Source: Lytechinus pictus (Eukaryota). Taken from it: a DNA stretch of 64,000 nt. Location: positions 32,676,001 through 32,740,000 of the forward strand of contig NC_087251.1 in assembly GCF_037042905.1 (NCBI RefSeq), given 5' to 3'. Positions within the stretch are counted from its first letter, which is position 1. The number at the start of each line of letters is the position of its first letter. Below are positions 1-40,548 of this stretch, piece after piece. The notes beneath the pieces were generated by a model, which was not told the DNA's origin, did not search any database, and saw nothing but the letters and a program-made list of their open reading frames with translations. Made by a program: the position numbers and the translations under genes.

Positions 1-316
1 ATGTATGTAACAAAAATATTACAATTAGAGGTGATGGATCAAACTTTTTTATACCACTGACCAGACTATCATGAGAAGGAAGAGTATGTATAGTAAGATT
101 GTTTAAAGACTCATGTTTTCTGTGTTGCTATGAACTCACGCACTTGATCTAAAACATGTATATATCAATGACGTGACACCTCCGTTTCCTCCGATGGGGC
201 ATACTGAGCCCTCCAATTAACGGCTTAATGCATAGTTTGACACCATTCTTATGAAACCTCACGTGCAATGCATCTCCAAACATGCACATCGTTCTATTCA
301 TTATTTGTATACTAAC

Positions 317-26485
<26,169 letters not shown>

Positions 26486-26559
26486 TCATTAAACTAAGGT
26501 GTTTCTATGTTCTTGGATTATCAATATTCACTGTCATTCGTAAAGAGTTTGAGGCAAAA

Positions 26560-26700
26560 AGTCTCCAATTCGCATCACTTCACATTCACTTCAGCCCACA
26601 GCGCAGCCATTTTACAATACACATCCGGAAATTCTGCACGTAGTAAATCGCGAAATATATCAATGCTAAATAAGGTCATCTTCCGTGCTGAGGTGAATAT
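26560..26700 (-). promoter_or_regulatory. Putative Pecanex core promoter / TSS region
   Basis: CpG-containing segment about 150-250 nt upstream of the ATG, with a YY1-like AAAATGGCTG (minus strand), an ETS-like CCGGAAA and TCGCGA. Confidence 0.4.
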
Positions 26701-28463
26701 TACTGGTATCCAAAGCGCTAAACCCCAAAAGTGCTAAATATCACTCAGTCGCTTTTTTAGAACTCCACAGTTTCAGAACTGGGGACTGGGGACCGTTTCG
26801 TGAAAGTTATCAGCATTTCTCCGACAGTTACCATAGTAACAATCAGAGGCCAGTGCCTTTCAGCCAATCAAAACTTAGAATTTCACTGAAATTGTCTACA
26901 CTGAAAATTTAGTCAGTGCTGACAACTTTTATGAAATAACCCCCATAAGCAAAGAAATAGAAGCACAGGCGCGCCGGTACATTTTTCTTGGGGGGGAGGG
27001 GGGTCTTATAGGGAGCACAAATTTTTGATAGAGTGAGATCATCGGCGAGGGAGCAAAGCGACCTATCTTGTGGAAAGTGTGAGATAGGGAACTTTGTGTA
27101 AAATATAGTATAAAAGTCGCATATAAAGAACATTTAAATGGGTTCTCCAAGGCTAAACATTCTATGAACAGAATCAGACAAACAAAAATGTCATATAAAT
27201 CGAACAAAAATCAGCAAAAGTTATGACATTTTAAATTTTTAAAATCGGTTCGGTGAAATATTTTTTTGGTTCTTCAGGCCTGATGTTGATCATGTTGCCA
27301 TCATAAAATGATGAAAAGTGGCACATGGCTGCCACGTATAATAAACCATAATCAAATTTAAAAGTACAATGTTTTACATCAAGCTATTTAAATATGAATC
27401 AACACTATTCTTGAATCTGTCCATGTATATAGGGAGCTAAAGGAAATCTACAGCCGAGAGCTTGGTAGATTGATAAAGAGAAGTGTTTGACTTTTGGACA
27501 GTGACAGTGCATTCTATGCATGTCTTCATGATTATGCAATTAGCAAGCTGCATGCATGATGATGTCATATCCCCATTTATTTTATTATATACATTCAAAA
27601 TCATATTTTTCCTCCAAGAGTAGAAAAAAAATCGGATCGGACTACTGATTCGTTGTGTAAGATAAATATTGCTGCACCTTTTTTACAAGGGAGACGTAAT
27701 CATTATGTACATTAGTACATGCATTAAAATATAAAATAATCATTATTATAGTTGGATGTATAACGTAAGGAAAAGCAAAGCGTAGGTATGACAATATCAG
27801 TCATCTTTTGCAAATTTCACGATGACGTACATAATAAATGTTTCACCAAATATTGTTTATAAAATGTCATTTTTTTCAGGTTAGTTCATAGAAAAAAAAT
27901 TATCGCATTGTAGTTTAGTGAGATTACTGCTTAAAAACAATAAAAGTAATTAAACTGCCCCTTTTTCTAAATCAGTTTTTGCTTCGAGTTGCATGATTAA
28001 CTTAGGAGTGACGAAATACCTAATCTTTTTTTGTAAAAATGAAGTTAATAAGTATTAGTCCTCTGATGGGAAACCCGGTTTTAGCCTTCAGAAAACATAA
28101 TTATACAAAAGCAGGATATTGTGGAGACTCTTATGTTTCCAGCCTCCCGAGTATTGTATAATGCTGATTTCAGCGCCCCTGTACTGGGGTTGCATGGTTG
28201 CAAAACTAGTATGGGGAAGAGGTGGTCACAACCCCCCCCCCCAAAAAAAAAAAAAAGAGAGAGAGCTTACATTTTTCATGGCAATTCATCAAAATTATAC
28301 CTTCAAATCTAACTACGTATATTGAAAATGCAAAAGTGCCGTCATAATATTAAAAGAAATAAAATAAACTATAGCTTTCATAAAAAGGGGTTATTCATTC
28401 CTCCTGTATTAGAAAGCGACTCAATTTCCGTAAGTCTGGAATATCTGGATCATGATTCTTCCT

Positions 28464-30706
28464 GCATGGGGCGGATCAGCGCGGGGGCCGGGTGGTATTT
28501 CCAGGCGTTTTCCCCGATCGGCCCGAAGAGCTATAAAAGCTATTTTTGACGGGGGGGGGGGGGGGGGGGGGGTCTCTAGTCATAAAGACAGAAATTTAAG
28601 TACATTTTGGCTTTATTCTTGCAAACAGGATAATGTATTCATAAGGCCTAAGTAAATGCAGCGCGAAGTGCAAGATAACATTTTTGAATATTTCATGTAT
28701 TAAAAGGAAACGATCATAGCACCTTTTGTAATCATAAACTAACAAAATAATGAATGCGATCCAGCGAGAAGTACAAGCTGATTTATTCTATTTAACTCAT
28801 CTGAAAACAGGACATTTGATAATCCCTTTTTTCAATGATAAAAAAAAGATGCATCTCATTAAAAAATGATGCGAGGGCGAAGCACGAGCTAACTCTTATT
28901 TATATATACTGACCAGAAACGAAATAGAAAATACGATACGTAAATCATTATACAAAATTAATGATCAATAATAAAGTGAGATATAGACCTATAAAAGCGG
29001 GACATTCTACCGATTTCAATGAAATATTTCTTATAATTTATTATAATGGTGTGCCAATGCGGAGCACGAGTTGATATATGCCTGCATGACAACAACTTGT
29101 AAACAGCAATATCAATGTTGTTTTAGGGATTCACGAAGAGGTACCTCACTAACAGTGGCGTAACTACGTGCCCCCCCCCCAAAAAAAAAAGGTGGAAAAA
29201 GAGAAAAAAGAGGGAGAAAGAAAGAATAAGAAACGTAGTGGGGAAAAATTTACTGTATATTATGTTATATTATTTATTATATTGTATTATATTATATCAT
29301 TTTATATATCATATTATATTATATTATATTCATAATCATCATCATCATATTAGCCATGTTTCAGCCCACTGCAAAGCGAAGGCCTCCTCAAGTTGGTGCC
29401 AAAGGTGATTGTCTTGTGCTGATGCAGTCCAATTTATGCCAATGAATTTTGTGAGCTCGTCACTCCATCTCAATTTTTGTCTACCCCAATTTCGTGATCC
29501 TAGCCATGGTCTCCATTCTGCCTGCGTTTGGTCCACCTATTAACATGTGATCTTGCAAGGTGGCCAGCCCATCTCCATTTCATTGATTTAATTGCTTTGA
29601 TTATGTCTATTACTCTAGTATAGCTCCTAATCCATTGTATGGTCTTCCTGTCACGTTTTGATATCCGTAGCATTATACGTTCCATACTGTGTTGAGTGGT
29701 TTTTAATTTCTGTTCTATTTTCTTTGTTACAGAACAGGTTTCAGGACCATAGGCCATTGCCGGTATAACGCATTGATTATATTATATTATATTATATTAT
29801 ATTATATTATATTATATTACATTATATTATCATACTATATTATATTAGCTTCTGTTCTCCTTTTCTTAGGGCGGTCTTTTTTGTTTTTATCTCGGCGCTT
29901 CCCTCTTGAAAACTTTTAGATAATTATAATCTAATATCTGCCTTTTTTTATTGTAATGTTTTATGATTTTATGCTTTTTTATTATACTAATCATTTGTAA
30001 ATATTGTGATTGTTATGATTTATTTCAATAAAACTTAAATAAAATAAAAAACGTTATATTATCTTATGTTATATTATATTATTATTAGTCCACTGACAAA
30101 TCATTTGAAAGGTGCAAAAAAAAACTTGTCTCAATAGAGTAAGGAAAAAAAACTTTGCTCAAAGAAGAAAGGAAAAAAAATTGCATCAACCCAAACTTCC
30201 AGCCCCCCGGGTATCTAGTGGAGCGTAGTGGTACTTGAAATATCAAATAATGCGAGCTCGTAGGGCGAGCTGAAAATGTTGATATTCAGACCATAAGACG
30301 GACATATTTTTACAGAGCACTTTTTGAAAATTTATTTGTAAATCAAACAAAATAATGAAAGCTCGATGTCCGAGCTGATACATGTTTTGTACATTGACTT
30401 CAAAACTTGATACTTTCATCTCCATATCAGCCTATATTGAGCAAGATATGTATCTCATTGGACGGGCAATGCGAGCGCGAAGCGCGAGCGAAAATTTTAT
30501 ATATGATGGCATGAAGATTTTTTATTATAATTATTTTCCAAGTCTTCCCCTCACCTTATTTTATTCACTCGTCTTGCTCCTCTTCTTTTTTCTCCTCTCT
30601 TTTCCTTTCTTCTTATTCCTTTCCCCTTTTCCTGCTCCGCCAATAGAGGGGGGGGGGGGGGTGGGCCCCTCGGGCCATTTGCCAATGCCAATGCTCATCC
30701 GCCTAT
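28464..30706. mobile_element. Composite degraded DNA-transposon region in the PCNX-MLK intergenic spacer
   Basis: CATGGGGCGGATC ... ATCCGCCTATG putative termini; recurrent GCGAGCGCGAAGCGCGAGC-type motifs; contains the RTE fragment. No TSD found. Confidence 0.4.
29335..29776 (-). mobile_element. RTE-clade LINE 3' fragment with (ATG)n tail
   Basis: YGPET...MERIMLRI...KWRWAGHLAR...GRQKLRWSD across two frameshifted ORFs; flanked by (TATAT)n. Confidence 0.88.
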
Positions 30707-31219
30707 GCCAATGCTCTTCAGAGATCCTGCCGCGAGTCCTTGAATACGGGAATGCCTTTGATTCTCAAAACGACAAGGCAGACATGAAGTAGATTGAGAA
30801 GATACAAAGAAACAAAGAAGAGCAATAAATATTTGCCAATGTCTATTATAGTGACAGACTTCGAGCATTATTATGATTACTCATAATCAAGAGCATTGGG
30901 CCTACTTGCATATTGTAGTGTCCCATTTCCGATTCAACATACACATTCTGATCGCCTTTTCGAGCGTTCATTAATTTGTTTAGCGGGATGCATATTGTTC
31001 ATGATTAGAGAAAAAATATGATAATGCCCAAACAGGGTTTTTCATTCGCAAAATATGAGGATGGTCACTGACCCCCAGGAAAAATTATGTTTAATGGGTG
31101 CCGTCGAAAGTTTGTGATAAGAGCCCCCTCCCGAGATGATGAGCCTCCTGTGACACTATATTATGTTGCTCCAAACAAAACAGTCAAAACAGTAATTATA
31201 AGAAACAAAATATCGGGTA

Positions 31220-31620
31220 TCGAGTACCGATGATCCGCTTTAAATTAAAATAATTGTTTTGGCATTGGTGGGGTCGGGGAACCCCCTATAATGACGTTCG
31301 TCTTCAAAAATGCCGCAGTCGACGTGTATGGCTTCTCTGGCCGAAACCAATCGAGCGCCACCTCGACACGATCGGAAGATTGTGTATGCTATGCGCTCGC
31401 TAAAGCTATTCATACTGCAAATGGCTTCTTCCACTAAAGCGAGAGTGTGCATTGCATGGACCAGTGCAGTACCACTGTTGGTAGACGATTTTTTGGCGTA
31501 AAGCTGTGTACGTGTGAATGCAATGGCGTTTCCTGTAGAATATACACCTGTGCCGCTCGTAATGTAGATTGGCATATTTTGTGATGGACTCGGAGACCTA
31601 CTTATTGCCATTAGAAATGA
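31220..31620 (+). promoter_or_regulatory. Putative MLK promoter / 5' UTR (CpG-rich)
   Basis: High CpG density, CCAAT near 31347 and a GC-box-like GGGGTCGGGG; an acceptor-like tcttccag ends at 31978 just before the ATG. Confidence 0.4.
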
Positions 31621-31935
31621 GCTAACATAGTGATTCTAACGTGATTCTTCTCATAATGGAGCCTGGAAAATGCCCGCTACTTTGACGAATATGGTGAATT
31701 TAGTCGAGAATTTTGGAATGTGTGCTACGTGGAACCTGCAAACATAACGGGTAGATCCTCATCATCGGGAGCCAGCTAACAAATGTGGGGAGGGTGTGTG
31801 TGTGTATTTGTGGATAGCTCGGTAAATACGATGCAGTCAGCTGCTGGAAAATGAAGTGGACGAATGTCAACTTCAGTAAAAGTTGACTGCGTCAAGGTTA
31901 ATGTGGAATTAATGTATTGGAATTATATAGAATAG

Positions 31936-32760
<825 letters not shown>

Positions 32761-32992
32761 TAAACTCTCCTTTAAAAAAGTTGAAAATCATTTAATGTAA
32801 CTTATCAAGAGCAATCTTACAATGTGTATACAGTGTATTGTATTTAATTTATCTGATACAGTTACTTGACCCATAAACTTCTGGAAGACGTTTAACCAAG
32901 ACTGAAGTCTGAATTAAAAAGGAGGAGGGAGTGTCATGGCGTGAGAGTAGGCCACCCGTAAATAAGATGGAAAATGATGACTGAAAGAAATT

Positions 32993-33088
32993 ATGATGAA
33001 GAAGAGAAGATGATGATGATGGAGATGATGAAGATGGTGATGTGAGATGATGATGGTGGTGATGGTGATAATGATGATGGTGAAGATG
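32993..33088 (+). repeat. Degenerate (GAT/GGT)n tract near the 5' end of the MLK intron
   Basis: GATGATGATGATGGAGATGATGAAGATGGTGATG... Confidence 0.9.
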
Positions 33089-33265
33089 CAGACAGTTGCC
33101 TTCACACTAGTTTGTTGGTACCAAGAGTAAGACAGAGCATTTGGAGGAGAAAATATTTGGACAACCATAATTGTTTGCCTGTAGGAGAGAAGTACTCTTT
33201 TAAATGTTGAACCTTGCCAAAGGAAAAAAAGGTGTCCAGTATCTTTACCAAATGTTAAGTTTGAC

Positions 33266-33730
33266 CCCGGGGGGGGGGGGGGGGGGGGGGCCAGTCAAAT
33301 ATATTGCTGTACACACGTGTGACCCAAAAAACATGTTTAAAGGGGTGTTTTTTCAGTTTTGGACGCGGTCCGCGCGTGGACTCGTTAAGGGTATAAAAAA
33401 CACTGATTTTCAAGAAAAAGGGTGGTTTTGAAAGACTGGTCAATGGTCAATCGTGGGGTCAAACGTATTTAGGGTATGTTTTTTTCCCCAAAGCTTTTTT
33501 TTAAAGACTATCCAAGTGTGTTTGGGGTATGTTTTTTTCCCCAAAGCTTTTTCCCCGAGGTCATATTTTGGCGACAACTTGTTAAGGGCCAAAATGTGTA
33601 AATAAAGCCCGCAAAAAACTTGTTTAGGGGGTTATATTGCACACAGAGAAAAACTCGTTTAGGGGGTGTTTGGAAATTCCTTGGTCACAGGTATGTACAG
33701 CAATATATTTGATTGGCCCCCCCCCCCCGG
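33266..33730. mobile_element. MITE with CCCGG(G)n termini, copy 1
   Basis: TIR CCCGG(G)n..CAGTCAAATATATTGCTGTACA; 8-bp TSD AGTTTGAC; homologous to 50305-50716. Confidence 0.85.
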
Positions 33731-34224
33731 AGTTTGACTTGTATGATTGTCATAATCCAATCATGATTTGGATTGAATTATCTAGGACAACAAAATGAAT
33801 ATATTGATCTATTTCCATAAAAAGGAGCATTGCAAATGGTGACACAACCTTTGTTCTTGAAAAAAATTGCCCTAGGCTTTGCTTTGTCTCAAGATTAGGG
33901 TTATGGTTGCAATAGGCTTTATGTTCTGTGTATGGTTAGGTTTAGGGTAGGGTACATGTATAGTTAAATCCAGGGTTAGTCATTCGATTTATAGTGTGTG
34001 GAATTTATAGCGAAGCAGTTGTCGCAGTCCTGAGCAAATTTCATGGAAACTTGTAAATACAAGCAATGTAGGGCACCCAGCACAAGATTCATACAGGGGA
34101 TAAATTGTGTATACATTTACCTTTACATAAGATTCTGGAAGAGTGCTTAGGATCCCAGCAGTCAGGCTTTCAGTTCTGTGCCATTTTCATCCGTCTCAAT
34201 GATTGGTGTGGTCACTGGTGTCGG

Positions 34225-34495
34225 TGTCATTTTGGCTCAGATCTCTATCTTCTACATGTATAGGGGTTTGCTACTCATATGGTGAGCAGAACTACTTGTC
34301 TGCCCACACCTTGTCCAGTCTGATCTTGAAGCTATTCACAGTCTGAGCTGTAAAATACATCTTCAGGGAGTGAGTTCCAGTCATTAACGACCCACTGGAT
34401 GAATCTTGCCTCACTGGTCAAGCATCTGGGTTTAGAAAACTTCACACTGTGACCTCTTGTGTTGCCTGCTGCAAGTTCAAAGAAGGCATCACTTC
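34225..34495 (-). mobile_element. CR1-clade LINE ORF2 3' remnant
   Basis: Minus strand FFELAAGNTRGHSVKF...VVNDWNSLPEDV...VNSFKIRLDKVW, the typical CR1 ORF2 C-terminus. Confidence 0.8.
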
Positions 34496-36264
34496 ATAGA
34501 ACGGGTCAGATGAAAAAAAAATAAGTCGGTATTAGTGGAAACAATCAATACCAGTACTGAGTTTCAAATCAAGTCCTACAAACGATCTCTTTTCTAAAAT
34601 TATTGAAATAGTTTTGAATGATTTGAATCCCACCGCTGCCACCAGTACTCTTCATAGATGTTCTGAAAGTCGCCTTTCCATACATGTAAGTTTTATGAAT
34701 AGTGATTGCCTTTTTCGTGTTAATGACATGTACATATAAGTAGAATTTCTCCTATTTGTGTTGTCCCAAGAGATGTGAGTTTGAAGTCACTGATAGAATT
34801 ATACAATACTACTGTACATAGTAGTACATTTATACAATGTACTGCATACTTGAAATTTTGATTAAAATAGAGAATGCCACTTTTCTAGATTTATAAATTT
34901 GATCTGATTCCTGATTCCATAACAAATTTGAAGAAAAAAATTGCCAACTGGCGAGGGAGGGATTAAGTCCAGTTTCGAAGAGCAAGCAAATGGCTATATT
35001 GTTTGACTTCAAATTAATTTCAACCTCTAGGCCTCTAGGCCTATGATACCAGTATACATGTAGCTTCCTTTATGAGCTGGCAAAGGGATTAAGTAGCCTA
35101 CGGCATTTAATGTTTAATGTATGATACAGGACTACAGTACAAGTACTTGAACATATCCAAAAAATATTTTGTTGATTTTCAGTATTTAGGGCTATTTATA
35201 ATTTGTTATTAATCATGTGTCGGTTTTCAGCTTGAATCACTATTTCACTGTTGTCTTGCTAGATGTCTGTCAGAAGTTGTCCAAGATTAAGACGATAATA
35301 ATTTCACCTTGATTTTGATTTCATAAACCATCTTTCAAAATAATTGCTCAGCAGGGATGACTCTATTACTTTTATGTAGCTTTGATGTGAGTTACATTAT
35401 GTAATATGCATGTTCAGATAAAGAAATTTGTCTTCAACATGTGACCTGCCACTCTAAAAACCAACAATAAGTTGCCCAAAATGAATTATTAGATTTTAAT
35501 TGAGCTTGAAAAAGCACATCCTAAAAGCCTTTAAAATGATATAGGCCTACTTTAATAGTGCATACAATCCTTGTAAATAAATTTGTAAATAGTTGTGGCA
35601 CATAATAATTTGTTCATTTTTTTTTCTTTGTGTAATCGTTAGTTTGGACTTTTTAGTATTTTTTATATTTATATACATGTATGTATTTCATATATCCAAA
35701 TGTGTGACAACAGCTCAAGCATCTGCTTATATTGTCATACCACTGCATGTCTGCAACCTTGGTATAATCAGTTGTGTAAATGATCATAATTATACAATGT
35801 ATAATGTCATTATTATGTAAAATTTAATGTATTCAATTTTGTGATGGTCACACTATGTACATTGTCATGACATGCAGAAACAAATGAATAAATAAAAAAA
35901 AAAATAAATAAATAAATGAATATTAAATTAACCTGCACAAATATTTGATTGAATGCAGAAGATCTTCAGAGAGAGCTTCAAAAATTAGGAAGAAAACAAG
36001 GAGAGTCAGGGTTCACACATGCACACTGTGAATGTATTAAGTGAAACCTCCAAGCAGTCAGAAGAAAATTATGTCAAAGAAACATTAATTTGTGTCTTAA
36101 TTGTCCTTTATTCAACTTTACATCTTCAAGCTTTGACTTTATGAAGAAGAAGAAAATACTTTTTCTACCAAGCTAATTTTCTATTTTTTGAAGTTATATT
36201 TTTTACTATTTTGGAGTTGCTCGTCACATCTAAACTTAATGTGAAGCAAGAAATTACATTAGGT

Positions 36265-36565
36265 CAGGGCCGGATTCAGGATTTTACAAAAGGGGGGGGG
36301 GGCACATTTTCCCAATGAAAATTTGACCAGCTCCCCCCCCCCTAAAAAAAAAAGGTTTTCACCTAAAATTACAGGTCATTTCGTCCGCAAAAAAATTGAC
36401 CAAAATGTATTTGACAAGAAAAAAAGAAAAGAAAAGGGTTCTCACTTTCAAAGGGGGGGTGGGCACACTTGGGTAAAAAGTGAAAATGGTATTTTTACAT
36501 TACAAATTTTGATTATGGCTCTCAAAAAGGGGACAGCCAGCCTGTGTCCCCTGGGTCCGCTACTG
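36265..36565. mobile_element. hAT-like MITE
   Basis: CAGGGCCGGATTCAGG ... CCTGGGTCCGCTACTG; flanks CATTAGGT / CATTAGAT. Confidence 0.7.
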
Positions 36566-37033
36566 CATTAGATGATTCTCTTTTAAGCTCTTTACACTGC
36601 ACATATATTCCCCAACCCCGGGAAATTGGTGGGGCTAAGATTTCTCGGGGTTAAGCTTAGCCCACTTCGGTTTCATACTACATTTTAGCTAAGTGGGCTA
36701 GCACGGTACGGTACCATCTAGCCCTGCAAAAAAGCAGGGTTCGCCGGCTTATTGCGGTGCTAGCACCACAAATGCGGTGCGAAGAGATGCAGTGTAAAAC
36801 AAAACCGGGAGCTAAGGAAAAGTGGGGCTAAGCATTAATTAGCCAATCACCGAAGTCGAAATTGCACTTAAATCATGCTCTGTGTGGCAAAATCATCAAT
36901 ATTCATGAGCTGTGCGATAGTCCGGGGTTAAGGCGTTAACCCTGGCTAAGCAAATAGTATGGGGTGTGAAACCAAAAAAAGATAGTCTGGGGTTTAGGAT
37001 AGTCTGGGGGTTAAGGATCTAGTATGGGGTTAA

Positions 37034-37428
37034 AGAGAAATTCCAGTAGTTGCAGTAAACACTGATTTCATGAGAAAGTCTGTAAAACCAGGCTTAATTG
37101 TCAGTATATCATCAAGGATCTAGATCTGGTACAGTTACATAAACTGAACTTTGTGAAATCTTGAAATCTACGCTGAAAAATGTTCAGACTGAACTTCCCC
37201 AACACAGATAAGCGCACGTGGGACTGTGTATAATTATTGCTTTGAGCGTCGGGCCCGACGCTCTACCCGAATCCTGTGCTTATTTGCTGATTTCTCAGCA
37301 ATTACACAATTTCTTCCAGAATCCTTTGGCACATGCGTTTTATTTATACAAACAGACACTTTGGTGGTCATTTCATTGGATTCTGTACGAAATCATTTTG
37401 ATATCGTTACCAAAACTAGCATTTACCT
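37034..37428. mobile_element. Kolobok-like element, directly following a (GGGGCTAAG/GGGGTTAAG)-rich repeat fragment at 36586-37030
   Basis: TTAA|AGAGAAATTCCAGT ... ACTAGCATTTACCT|TTAA. Confidence 0.7.
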
Positions 37429-37634
37429 TTAAGGATAGTAAGTAAATGCAGTGTGTAAAGCTTATTCGAGTGTTCTGGTTTTCTGGATACATACCTGAAC
37501 ATTGAAAATCCATCACTGGTATTGTGATTAGTAACAGCTGATGGGTGTACATGTAGATGTAGTTTACATACCATGAGGTTCTTTTTTTAGTTGACCCAAA
37601 TATGACCTGACTTACAAACATTAGCAGAAGTAGT

Positions 37635-37979
37635 ACTCTTATGCCTGCTCCATCCAGTGTCATTGTACTCTTCTCAATTACTTCCTCGATCGCACAACCC
37701 ATGGTGTAGGGCCAACAAATGTACATGTACATGTACTTGTTCTGTATGTTATGGGATAAATGGTTTGTAATCAAAATATTATTCAGGCCTAGTATATATG
37801 TCTTAACTCTTATGCCTGCTCCATCCAGTGTCAATGTACTCTTCTCAATTACTTCCTCGATCACACAACCCATGGTGTAGGGCCAACAAATGTACATGTA
37901 CATATACTTGTTCTGTATGTTATGGGATAAATGGTTTGTAAACAAAATATTATTCAGGCCTAGTATATATGTCTTAACT
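37635..37979 (+). repeat. Tandem duplication, 2 x 171 bp
   Basis: Units start at 37635 and 37806 and are near-identical. Confidence 0.92.
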
Positions 37980-40548
37980 TTAAAATTCAATAACTGTAAT
38001 ACTTTACATCAGATTTTTATGAAACTTTAGCTAATTTATTTTACTTTAGATATTTTTATTTCAGTCTTGAGTGCCCTTTTAAAAACTCATGGATCAGCTG
38101 CCTTCATGGTAGAACTTAGACTATTATATATTCCTTGATGTTGCAGTTGGGAGATGAGCAAAGATGTTTCATGGTTCGGCATTTATTGCTTTATATGGGG
38201 ACAACTGTAGATATAGACCTGTCTAAACGTGTACCGGGGGGGGGGGGGGGTATTTTTTCAGCCGCTTTATTTTCATGAATTTCGTACCTTAACCAGCCAC
38301 AAAACTAACATATACATGTATAATGAAATGAAAAGAAAATTGCAATATTGTACTTAGATAATGAATTTTCCTGTCTTGAAGTAAAATCATGAAACATGTA
38401 CATAATTTGTCAAACATCAAGGGGATACTTAATAGCAGACCACTGCTGGTTCAAGGCTGTGTAATGTATAGGCATGATGCTTGTTATGTTGCTTATCGAT
38501 GGGTTGGTGTCATCAAAGCTTGAAAACTGCCTACTCATTTTACATTGGCAATGACATTATACACGTAGTGATTGGATCATGTAAATTAAGGCAATTAATA
38601 ATCATATTCACTTTGTAATTGAATTACATGTAGCACAGAAATCCATTATTATTATTAAATGCAAAGACAGATGAATTCAATGTAAATGTACAGGTAAATG
38701 TACATAAAGGCCTATGATATAAACATGTACAAAGTACTATACACATACGTCTGACTATTGGACATTATAATGTGTATGAATTGAGCAGAAGTTATTGAGG
38801 ATGTGCAATGCATAATGGTACTATGTACATTACGCTATAATGGTATGTACATGTGTGCTTGCTGTTACAGCTGTATTGTACGATCAATACAGACCTATGT
38901 AAATGGGTGGCAAATACCAAGGTCTGGTCTATTATGCCAAGCAGGGTTCGACAAAGTCATTCCTGTCTAGAAATAAGGCACAAATTGAGCAAACCGTGAA
39001 CCTGTGTTAAGTCAAATCCAAATTAAAATGTAAAATGCTTATGCAGTGAATGACCACTGTGCTACATTGGAGGACATACAGTACGTTACAGTATAGTGTT
39101 GAACTGTATAATACTCTACTGCATGCATGACTAGATTTTGAAAATATCCTTGTACTTTGGTAATACAACCCACATCTTATTTATTCAGCTATTTAAAGTC
39201 TCTTTGTTATTTTCATGGGAGATCTTAATGCTAGATGCAGCATGCAAATGTCTGTAATAAAGTTTTACTTTGAAATTTAAATGAATACACAAAACAGGCA
39301 ATTCATGTCATGTGCAAACTAAAACCAGTAGGCCTCTCCATACATGTTCATGTATAACTGACGATCTGATGTGTACACATATACATGTACATGTAGAGTA
39401 TGTACATGTTTGTGTGTGGAGGTCTGCATGATTTAAGAATTATTATGCTAATTTACTATTAAGTTATGATGAAATTAAAGCTCTTTAAGTTAATTGTAGA
39501 ATTTAGAAAACAGTCAATGATTACCATTATTCATTCTGCATTGTTATTACTGTAATACTGTATGATGATATAGTATTTTATCTGCACAGTATATTTTTGG
39601 AAAAATCAAGGATAATTTTTGAAAGAAATAAACTCTGAATCGCCCTTTAGGCTATTGGATGGGCAGAAATGTGAATGTTTCATATTGAAATTTTTGAAAT
39701 ACTAGTACAGCAAGTCATGCATGCCTACATGTGCAATCATGTTGATATTGTAGTCAGTTTGTAATACAATTACATGTATGATGTACACTATACATACACT
39801 GTGTACTTGCTACTATTTTTTTTCCATATAAACCCCCAAGACATATCGAGGCATGCCAAAAGGTGTTCTGATGTAGCTCACCCTGCTTTCATGGCTGAGA
39901 TAGCATGTACATGTAGCAATGTCAATGCCCGTGTCAATGGAGGGAGAGCAGATCCAGAGTAGAGAGAGGGGGAGAAGGAGGAGGAGAAGGGAGGAGAAAG
40001 GGAATGGAGGAAGTAGGGGAAAAGGGTACATGGGGGCTTATTGATTTCACCCCAAGATGCTGAAAAGATACCTGGAAAATCCCCATTCATTGCATGTTAA
40101 ACCAATGTTGCAGATTTTAATACTTGTTAGGGTGTGAATGGAAGCCCCCCTCCCCCTCCCCCCCCCCAAAAAAAAAAAAATTGCCTTGGAGGAAGTAAGA
40201 TAGGGGCTGGGAAGGTAGAAAGATGGAAGGAGGGTGAGAAGGAGAAGAGAGAGGGATGGAGATCATGAGAGGAAGGGAGATCTACCCATGAAGATGGGAG
40301 GGGGAGGAAATACATGTAGGTGAGGGACCAACCAACTCTAGCTGCTATCAATATAACCAAGGAGATATCACTCTCCTTGATATAACATGGACAGGTCAAG
40401 TACTTTGCACATATTCATGAATAAAATACTTACTGTAAAGCCTACTGTACATAACTGCCTAAATGTACCTATGCTGCTCTCCCAAGTCCTTGGTACATTA
40501 AATTAGGTGACACGATATTTGCTCCTGCGACAATTGCTCCGGTCTTAA

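Noticed and set aside
37373..37990. 205-aa ORF with an internal 57-aa repeat
   Set aside because: Produced by the 171-bp tandem duplication; no recognisable domain.
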